Source: Histomonas meleagridis 2922-C6/04-290x | Lineage: Eukaryota > Protista > Parabasalia | Direction of reading: 5' to 3' | DNA: 64,000 nt | Assembly: GCA_020184695.1 (NCBI GenBank) | Contig: JAANOX010000121.1 | Location: 124,001-188,000 of the forward strand | Part shown: one piece after another, positions 39,635 through 51,600 of the stretch | Position numbering within the stretch: position 1 is the stretch's first letter | Layout of the letters: each line of letters starts with the position of its first letter | Position numbers and translations under genes: made by a program | The notes under the pieces: model-generated | The model's database searches: none | What the model saw: the letters and a program-made list of their open reading frames with translations, nothing else | Told to the model about the DNA's origin: nothing

Positions 39635-42600
39635 ATGAATACTCTTGTTCCAGAAGATCTTCTTCAATATTTAACACCAGCATTAACTTCAATGTTTGGG
39701 AAATTCCAAGTAAGCAATATAGTCCAAGAATATGAAGAAGATTTAAAGGAATTTATAGAAAATCCATCGAAAACATTTTTAATGGCACAAAAAGGAGATC
39801 CTTTTGTATTACAGACATCATTTGAATATTCAAAAGGACCTATTTTAATCTGTCAAAAGCAACCAGTTGAGTTACCAAATCAAAATTTCCAATCATTAAT
39901 TTCAATTGTCTCATTAACAGAAGAAAATGCAATTTCTTTCTTCCAAAATATTGTAGGGAATTTCTTTTTACCACTTTTACAGAGTTCAGCCTCAACCAAT
40001 GATAATTTAGCTAAAGGTGTAATTGATTCTTTATCTAATTTTGAGATTGCTGCAAGTAGGTTTCAACATAAGTCTAATCTTCCAGAGCCTATTTTAGACA
40101 TAAGTCCAGAATTATTTGATATCACATCTTCTGATCAACTTTCTATTACACAAGAGTCATCAATATTATCAGCAATAGATAAATGGCAGACCGTTGTAGG
40201 ATCCATTAATAATTATGCCAAATCGCCACCCAAATTTGAAACATTACAAAATGAAATTAATTTTTGGCCACAACTTTCTAATCATCTTCAAACGATTGAA
40301 TCACAAATCACCAAATTACTTAATTCCAATTTGCTTGATATCATTGAGAAATATCGCAAATCATTTCCCGAATATATTCAAAATTTATCTGAAGAAACAT
40401 CAAAATATTTAACTGAAATTAAACCATTTTCTGAAGCGATTTCCCAATTTAACATTGATATATATCTCGAATGTCAAACGCTAATGGATTTTAATGATAA
40501 GTTAATTAATGTATATAATTTTTTAACATCATTTTTTAATCGATGTCCAAAAGTCGACAAAATTGTACAAATATATACACTTTTTAATGATTTTTCATTA
40601 TTTAATTTCAGTAAAGTTTTGTCCAAAATTTCATTTATTCATTTATCACCACAAAGTTTTGAAAACACGAAAGAATTAATTAATATTGTTAATGATCAAT
40701 GGAACATTAAAGAGAATGAAATGATTGAAATTATTACGAAAGAACATTTACAAATCAAACAAAAACTTCAAGAAATATCATTAAATCGATCACAATATAT
40801 GAATCAAATCTTAGAATTCTGTAACATTAAAATCGATTATAATCAATTAATACACCAAATTCAATCAATGGATGAGTTAAACATTGAAACAATATTAGTA
40901 CCATTAGAACAATCATTTTCATTATTACTTAATTTTTCATATTTCGAATATTCGAAAGAATCAAATAAAAAATGGAATTCATCATTAAATGAATATAAAA
41001 AGAACTTAGAAAAAATCGAAAATGAAATTGGTCAAAAGATTTATTCAATACTTTCTAATTGTAAAAACATATCAGAGACAAGAAATATCTTTGTGAAATA
41101 TAAATCATTTGTTCGTAGACCAACAATTCAATCATGTGTACATCAATTTGAACATAATTTCATATTACAAATATATGAACAACTTGAAGAATTTAAGAAA
41201 AAAGAATTTGTTAATATCCAAAAGTTACCTATAATGATGTATATGCAAATTAAAGGATTAACATCAGACTCTGCAAAGTTATTACATTATTATCATATTA
41301 TTGGACAATTAAAGAAATATGAAGAAATGTTAAATGATGTAATAGGAGAGAAATGGAAAGATACAAATGAATGTCAACAACTTATCTCTAAACTTAAAGA
41401 ATGTAATGATTCTGCAACTAAATGGTGTAACTTAGATAAAATCATTTCAACAATATCATTTTCAGCCGATGATATATTAAACAAAAATATATTTGTTATC
41501 GAAACTATTAATAATAAGAAAAATATTAAATGTAATTATTCACAATTTAATTTAAATGCGATTTTAACATTTAGAACATTAAATCAATTTAATTTAATTA
41601 AATCTTTTGATGTTATTTATAATATGTCGAAAATTAATGAAAGTTTTCGTTCATATGTAAATATTCAAGAAAGTTTAACGACATTTATTAATATTATCGA
41701 AAGTTTTGATGTAATTACTGAAAAAATTGCTGCAAATGAAATACAAATCATTTATAATTTAATACAAAATGGATATAATCTAAAATGGAATTCACAAGAA
41801 ATTCAAGAATATTCACAAAAATTTGCGTTAACTATTTCCGAATTTAATGTTACTATGAAAAATGCAAAAGAAATTTTGGATAAAATTAATGAAAATATAC
41901 AAAAAATAGAAAATTCTCAAACATTTGATGAGTTAAAAGAATATTTAGCAATAACAATGACTAATGTTGATCAATTATTTTGGAGTAAAATGACAAATGA
42001 TGAAATCTTTGTAAATGAATTAAATCAAAGAATATCGAAATTATTAATACGAAAAATTAATGAAACTTGTTTATTATGGATCGATATATTATCCAATAAA
42101 ATTAAACCCAATTTTAATATTAATATTAAAATCATTCAATCATCAAATAAAATTATAATAAATCCTTCATTAGAAAATATTCATTCATTAATTAATCGGA
42201 AATTTTCATCACAAATTAATAGTTATTTATTACAAAATCAAATATGTACATTAAATTCTACAAAAATGCCATTATATCAAGAAATAATTCCAATTCCTTA
42301 TGATTATATATATAAAATTTATCAATTAATTAACTCATTAATAAATGAAGTTCGGAAATATTGTGAAAAATGGAATAATTTGGAAATATTATTTATGAAT
42401 GAACCGAATTCTATTAATTTCGAAGATGATATTATTCAATGGTTAGAACTATATAATGAATTAGAAAATGAATTAAAAGATATCCAAAATTCTTCAACTA
42501 AAAAATCAATTAGTTTAATAACTATAGATACAATAAATATCCAAAAGAATTCAATCGAAAGATTAAATATTTGGAAAGATTATGTAATTAATAATATTAA

Positions 42601-45600
42601 ATTCATTTCGAATAAAATTATTTTGAATTTATTCGAAGAAATACAAAAATCACGTGAAATCCTTGAAATGCCAATACCATTCAAAGCTAAAGAACTTTCT
42701 TCTTATTTAAATTCATTTAAAGAATGTTCAACTAAGAAAGTTAATTGGGATATAATAATACCATCAATTACTAATACACAAAAAATTTATAAAAATGAAA
42801 ATTATATAAAATTAATTTCATCAATTGATATATTTAATCAAATTTATATAACTCGTAAAAATGAAATTGATAAAAATAATCAAATCTTTTGTACACAAGT
42901 CGAAGAAGAATGTTCAACATTATTAAACTTAACATTAACTATTAAAAAGAAATGGGATATTGAAAAGCCTTTAAATGGAGATATTAATCCAGATAAAGCA
43001 TTAAACATATTACAAGACTATAAAAATAAATTTAATGAATTACAAAATTCTTGGAATGAAATTCTATCAGCACGAGAAGCATTACATTTAACGATTTTAA
43101 CAAATTCTACACTAGAAGCTATGATTGATGATTGTAATTCGATGATAGAAGTATGGAACTTATTATTAGTTATATGGAACAAATTAAATATTATATTACA
43201 ACAACCATTTTTAACATTAATACCAATTGAATTTAAAACAAAGATTCAACAATTAATTGATAAATTACAAAACATGTCAAACATAGTTAGACAATATGAA
43301 TCATGGTCATATTTTAATCAAAAACTTAAAAATATTTTATTAATATATCCAACAATTGAAAACCTTAAATCACCAGCAATTTTAGCTCGTCATTGGCAAA
43401 AGGTATCAACTGAATTTAAAATGAATATAAACATTGATAAAATGACTGTTAATGATATAATATCATTAGATTTAATTAAAAACGAAACATTTTTCGCCGA
43501 ATTATTACGTAATGCACAAGGAGAATTCTCATTATATCAATATCTTGAACAACTTAATCAAACTTGGGATACATTAGAATTTGAATTTTATGATTATAAA
43601 GGTAAACAATTAATTAAAGGTTGGGATATAATATTAACAACAATTAATGATCATTTAAACTTTTTAACAGCAATGCAAACATCACCATTTTATAATGTGT
43701 TTAGAGAACAAGCAATTATATGGGAAACAAAACTTAATCAATTACAAGTATTATTAGATGAATGGCTTGATGTACAACGACATTTTATATATTTGGAAGG
43801 TATATTTGTATCTTCTGATATTAAATCTATTTTAACTAAAGCTACAACAATATTTAAGAAATGTGAAAAAGATATAATTACTTTAATTAAAAGAGCTATA
43901 AACTTAAAATTCGTAATTAAAATATTAACAATTCCAAACATTAATTTAATATTACAAAACTTAAATGAATCATTGTTATTATTACAAAAAGATTTAAGTG
44001 ATTACTTAGAAAAACAAAGAAGTTATTTCCCACGTTTCTTCTTTATTGGTGATGAAGATTTACTTGAAATTATCGGTAAAAGTTCAGCGATTCAAGAAAT
44101 TCAAAGACATTTTAATAAAATGTTTGAAGGGATTTCAGGTGTAATTGTAGAAAATAATCAAATTATTAAAATGGAATGTAATAAAGGTGAATCGATCTTA
44201 TTAAAGAATCCAATACAAATTAATTCAGCGATATATCAAACATTAAATGATTTAGAAAATGAAATGCGAAATACATTAAAACAAATTTTATTAACTTCTG
44301 TTAAAGAATTTGAACAATTTTGGGAAAATATGACACTTGAAAATCTTAAACAATTTATAGAGAAATATCCAGCACAAATTATACTTTTATCATTTTTCAT
44401 AATTTCTACAAATATAACTGAGTTATGTATCACCAAAAATAACATAAATAAAATCATTGAAGATATTGTTAAATTTATCGAATTATTAAGTCAATTAGTA
44501 TATACAGATTTAACAAATGTATTACGATTTATAGTCCAACAATTAATTACTGAATCAGTACATCAACGTAATTTATTACGAGAATTAGAAAATATTACAA
44601 GTACAAACTCATTTGAATGGACACGATTCTTACGTTATTATCATAATTATTCAAATGGTGAATTAATTATTAAAATTGGTGATGCAATCTTTAATTATGG
44701 ATTTGAATATTTAGGGTTAATACCTTCTTTAGTACGTACACCTTTAACAGATAGAGTATATTTGACAATGGCTCAAGCATTATATGCTAAAATGGGTGGT
44801 AGTCCTTTTGGTCCTGCAGGTACAGGTAAGACAGAAACAGTTAAAAACATGGGACATCATTTAGGTCGACATGTTTTAGTATTTAATTGTGATGAAACAT
44901 TTGATTTTAAAGCTATGGGTCGAATCTTTATAGGTTTATGTCAATGTGGTTCATGGGGATGTTTTGATGAATTTAATCGTTTAGATGAACAAATGTTATC
45001 AGCAGTATCACAACAAATCCAAACAATACAAATCGGACTTAAGAATAATTTAAAGAATATTGAAATATTAGGGAAAAATACAACGTTAAATCAATCAATA
45101 GGTATATTTATTACAATGAATCCTGGATATGCAGGTAGAGTTGAATTACCAGATAACTTAAAACAATTGTTTAGAACTATGGCTATGAATAGACCAGATT
45201 TAGAATTAATTACTGAAGTTTTATTGTTTTCTCAAGGTTTTATTTATGCTGAAAAATTATCGCCGAAATTTGTTACTTTGTTTTCAATGGCTAAAGAAAG
45301 TTTAAGTCATCAAACACATTATGATTTTGGTTTAAGAGCTATGAAATCTGTTTTAACTAATGCAGGAATATTAATTCGACAAAACAATTTAGAAAATGAT
45401 GAAAATCGATTTGAAAATGAAAGTAAATTATTAATTTCTAGTATAATTAATACCATTTATCCTAAATTAATAGCAAATGATTTAATACGACTTAAGCGTA
45501 TTATTAATGATATATTCCCTAATATTCAACCAGAAATTATTACACAAAATGAATTAATTAATTTAATTAATGAAGAAATTTCTAAATCAGGTTTAATTAA

Positions 45601-48600
45601 TTCTGAAATTTGGATTAATAAAATCATCCAATTATATTATATCCAACAAATTTCACATGGTTTTATGCTTGTAGGACCTACAGCTACAGGTAAAACTTCA
45701 GCACGTAAAATATTATTAAAAGTTTTAACTAAATTAGATCAACAAGAAAGTGAAATGTATATAATAAATCCTAAATCAGTCACTAAAGAAACATTATTTG
45801 GTTCTTTAGATCCAATTACTAGAGAATGGACTGATGGAATCTTTACAAGAATATTACGAACTATCGTTAATAATCAACGTAATGAAATGAGTAAAAGACA
45901 TTGGATAATATTCGATGGAGATGTTGATCCAGAATGGGTCGAAAACCTTAACTCTGTATTAGATGATAATAAATTATTAACATTACCTAATGGTGAACGA
46001 ATTTCATTACCTTCAAATGTACGTATAGTATTTGAAGTTGAAAATCTAAATTTCGCTACACCTGCAACTGTTTCACGTTGTGGTATTATCTTTTTCTCAG
46101 AGAAGACATTAAATATTCAACAAATTATACAATATCATTTACATAAACTTATCACAGAACCAATTATTACACAAAACCATATATTATTTAATGAATATAT
46201 GGATATATCTATACCTGATATGTTAGAAATTCAAACGAAATTAACAGAGATTATTAAGCCAACAATTAATTTATGTATTAATGAATGTATTAAATTTTGG
46301 GAAAAATATGCAAATAATACAATAATGGAAATACCTATAGCTTCATGTATAACCACAATGTTTTCTTTATTATCTGCTTCTTATTTAAACTTCTTTAGAG
46401 AAAAAGAACCAAATCAAATATTATTACATAAGTATGCAATATTTTCAATGTTTAATGCATTTTCATTACCTTTTAAGAACGAATTTAAAGAAATTCTGAG
46501 TGAAATGTTAAGTAATAAATTCATTGATATTGTACCTAAAAATGGAACATTAAATAATTATATAATTTCGGATGAATTTGAAGATTGGATTAATTTGAAT
46601 GAAATTAATTATGAAAATAATAATGAAAATGATTACATTATTACACCTTATAATGAATTATATAAGAAATTAATTAATATGATAATGATTGGAGGTAATT
46701 CCATTATATTATGTGGTCAAAATGGTATAGGTAAACGAAGTTTATTACAAAATTCATTTGTTAATTATTCCGAAATTCAAACAATTCGAATTAACTTTTC
46801 TAATTTCTCAACTATTGATTATGTATTAAGTACATTTGAACAATTTTGTATATATCAAAAGACTTCTTATGTTACTAAACTTAAGCCTAAAATTACAAAT
46901 AATTTCATTATATTCGAATGTATTAATTTAACTTTACCTTCATTAGATAAATTTGGTACACAACGAATTATTGAATTTTTACGACAAATTTTAGAGTTTA
47001 ATGGATTTTGGCATCCACAAAAACGTGAATGGATACAATTAGAAAATATTATCTTTGAAAGTGTTTGTACTCCTTCTACAGAATATGGTCGAGTTAAACT
47101 TAATTCACGATTTTTAAGACATACGACAATATTTAATATTGATACACCAACAATTAAATCGATTAAACAAATATTATTAAATATTTTAAGTAAATTTGAT
47201 AATATTAATCAAGAAATTATTACAAATGTAATATTAGAATATTATAATGAATTTATTGAACATTTTAAAGGTAATGAAAATGTATTTTATCATATCAATT
47301 TACGTGATATAATTATATGGATTAATTCATATAAATATATATTAAATTTATCTGATGGTTATGATAAGCCTCATTTATTATATTATGAAGGTTTAAGAGT
47401 ATTTAATGATAGATTAATTAATATCGATGAAAAGAATTGGGCTAAAGATACACTTAAAAGTATTATCTTAAAATATTTCGAAAATACTGATTTAACACTT
47501 TATGATAATGATATTAATTATACTAATTTAATTAATCAAGAATTTTTACCTTATGATATAGATACTATTAAAAATAAATTACAAAAAGATTATTCAGATG
47601 AAAATTTGGTTTTCTTTGATGAATGTATTAATTTAATAACAAAAATCGAAAATAGTTTAATACAACCTAATGGACATTTATATTTAATTGGTTTAAGTGG
47701 TACAGGTAAATCAATATTGACGACATTTATCTCCAAATATTTAAATATGAAAGTATTTAAATTAAATGTTACTAAAGATTATACTATAAATAATTTCGAT
47801 TCTGATTTAAGGAAAATCCTTAAAACTTCACTTGAAGAAAAAGTTTGTTTCATCATTAAAGAAAATGATATAATATTACCAATATTTACTGAACGACTTA
47901 ATGTATTATTAACGGAATATTTAATTCCAGGATTATTTACAGGAGATGAATTAAATTCATTATTAAACAACATTAAAGAAATTGCTCATTCTAATGGACA
48001 ATTATTAGATAATGAAGAATCATTAATTAACTTCTATTTAGAACGAATTAAAAATAATTTACATATAATATTTACATCGAATTCAGCAATATTAAATATA
48101 AATCAAACAGAAATTATGTTTCCTTCATTATTTAATCAATGTAATATTATATGGATCGGTAAATGGAGCAATTTATCATTAAAATTATTTGCTGAACAAA
48201 TCCTTAATAAAAATGAACTTGAAATTACTGATAATTTAATTAATTCAATGATTAAAATTCATTCATTATCAATTAAAACTTCGGAATCTTTACCTATTAA
48301 TAATTATGTGTCACCACGTTATTTCTTTGATTTCATTAAAGTTTATTGTTATATATTCATAAATAAACGTGAAAAACTTAATAATGAACAACAACATTTA
48401 TCTAATGGCTTAAATAAACTTGAAGAAACCCAAATAGAAGTAACTAAAATGGGTAAAGAATTAGCATTAAAACAAACACAACTTAAAGAAAAAGATAAAT
48501 TAGCAGAACAAAAACTTGAAGAAATTCTTAAAGATAAACAAGTAACAACAAGTAAACAAGAAGAAGCACAAAAAATTAAAGTTATTATCGATGAAAAGAA

Positions 48601-51600
48601 GAAAGTTATTGATAAAGATAAATCTAAAGCTATGGCTGAATTAGCTGAAGTTACACCAATCATTGAAGAAGCTAAATCTTCAGTATCTAATATCAAGAAA
48701 TCAAATCTTGATGAAATTCGAAGATTAACACAACCACCAGATGTAATTAAGAATGTATTACAAGCGGTATTACAATTATTAGATATTAATGCGCCTAATT
48801 GGACAAGTATACGTAAAGTTATTAGTGGTGATCAATTCATTAAAACAATTTTAGAATTTAAAGTCGAGAATATACCTCAAAGTACTATTAAGAAAGTACA
48901 ACATTTATTAGATTCGACTGATTTAACTTATGAAAAGGCTCAAAGAGCTTCACAAGCTTGTGGCCCATTATTTAAATGGTTAAGTGCTAATATTCGATAT
49001 TTATCAATACTTGAATCGACTGAACCTTTACGAGAAAAAGTTAAAGCACTTGAATCAGAAGCATCAATATTTGAAAAGAAACATGAAGAATTATCGAAAA
49101 CTATTAATGAATTTGAAGAGAAACTTCAAAAATTAACATCGGAATATAAAGTATTATTATCAGAATGTGAAAAAACTCGTAAAGAATCCGAACAAATTCA
49201 AGTTAAATTAAATCGAGCTAAACATTTACTTTCATCTTTAACTAATGAAACTAAACGTTGGGCAGAACGAAAGATTACATTCCAAAATGAACAACAAAGT
49301 TTAATTGGTAATTCATTATTATCATCTGCTTTTATATCTTATTGTGGATTTTTAGAACAACAAAAAAGAATGGATTCATTAAATGAATGGATGATAGTTT
49401 TAGATCAAAATAATATTAAATATTCGGAAGATTATCAATTTTGTGATTTCATGATTGAACCCGAGAATTTAATTAATTGGAGTGCTAAACAATTACCTAA
49501 AGATGATTTATGTATTCAAAACGCAATAATTTTAACAACGGAAAACTTAAGAACTCCATTTATTATTGATCCTGCAGGTCAAGCTACACAATTCATTATG
49601 AATTTATATAAAGGTATTATTCGTACATCATTTAATGATAAGAAATTCCCTAAAACATTTGAATCATGTGTTCGATTTGGTACACCAATACTTATCGAAG
49701 ATGGGGAACAAATAGATCCATTAATATTACCAATATTATCTAAAGAATATAAGAAAGTTAATGGAAGAATAATATTAGAATTAAATCATAATGAAATTGA
49801 TATTTCTCCTTCATTTAAGATGTTTATTATTACACGTGATACTGATTTCTCTCCTCAACCTTCATTAAGTAGTTTAACAACAATTATTAACTTCTCTGTT
49901 ACATCACTTTCATTATATTCTCAATGCTTAACACGATTATTACAATTTAAGTTACCTGATATAGAAAAACGTCGTAAAGAACTTCATGAAAGTTTAGCAG
50001 AGATGCAAATTGATTTACGAAATCTTGAAGAGAAAATGTTAAATGTGTTTTCAACTACTAAAGGAGAAATATTAGAAAATGATGAATTATTATATTTATT
50101 AGAAGATATTAAGAAAGAATCAATTAGAATCGAACAAAAAGTTAATGAAACTAATTTAACATTACAAGAGATTACACAAGTTAGTGAGAAATATTCACCA
50201 GTAGCTAAAGTATCAACATCATTATACTTTGCTATTAAAGATATGTCATTAATACATTTCATGTATCAATTCTCATTACAATTCTTTTGGTCTATTTTCG
50301 ATAAAATTATTATTAAAGCTGATGAAGTTAATGAATTAATCGAATTAATATCGAAAGGTTTATTTATTAATGTATCATATTCATTATTAAATAAACATAT
50401 ATCAATATTAGGATTTCGATTTAGTCAAATTATTTTAGATTATAAAGGTATTAAAATCGATGAACAATTATTTGATATAGCTATTAGAGGCACATTAATT
50501 AATGGTAATGAACCTGATTTCATTAAGAAAGTTAATAATGATATAACATTTAATGATTGGATTAATTCTGATACACCTGAACAAAATATACCTGAAAGTA
50601 TATTACAAATCTTAAAATCTGAAAATGAAAATCCTTCGATTATTCTCTTAAAAGTTTTAGTAATAATTCGTAAATTTAAACCTGATCGAATTATCTCTAC
50701 GATTAATTTATTTATTAAAGAATCATTTGAATTTGATATTAATGATATACCACCATTAAACATTATAAATATATCAAATGAAACACAACCAAATATACCA
50801 ATTTTATTATGTTCTTCAATCGGTTATGATCCGAGTGAATTAATTGAAAATAATTCATTAAGACCAATTATATCATTAGCAATTGGTTCATCTGATTCTT
50901 ATTCAAGTATTGAAGAATCAGTACAATTAGCATCACAAAAAGGTAATTGGATCATCATTAAAAATATACATTTAGCACCATTATGGACACGAAAGTTTGT
51001 TAAAAACATACAAAACATTCAATGTAATCCACAATTTAGAATCTTCTTAACAACAGAAATTAATCCTAAAGTTGGATCGAATATATTTCGATTATGTCAT
51101 ATAATTGTCTTTGAAAGTTCGACCGGTATTCGCTCTAATTTACAACGAGTTATTACTAATGGATTCCAATGGCCGAATATACCTAAAGAACGAAGCAAAT
51201 TAGTAATTAATTTCTTATTATTACATTCGATTATAATGGAAAGACTTCGATATGAGAAATTAGGATGGAACAAAAGTTATGAATTTAATGATAATGATTT
51301 GTTATTTACAATCCAAATTAGTTTACGTTGGATAGAAGCTATAGCTAATGGAAGAAGTCATATTAATGAAGAACAAATTCCATGGTATGCGATTCGATAT
51401 TTAATATCATATTGTATTTATGGAGGAAGAATTGACTTAAATTCAGATCAACGAATATTAATTAATTTAAGTAAATTATTATTTAAAGGAAATATCGAAT
51501 TAGGTGATAACTCATTAAGTTTACCTGATGAAATTAATAATATTAATGAATTACAAAATTGGGTTTCAACTTTGTCTTATAATGAATCACCAGAATTTTT

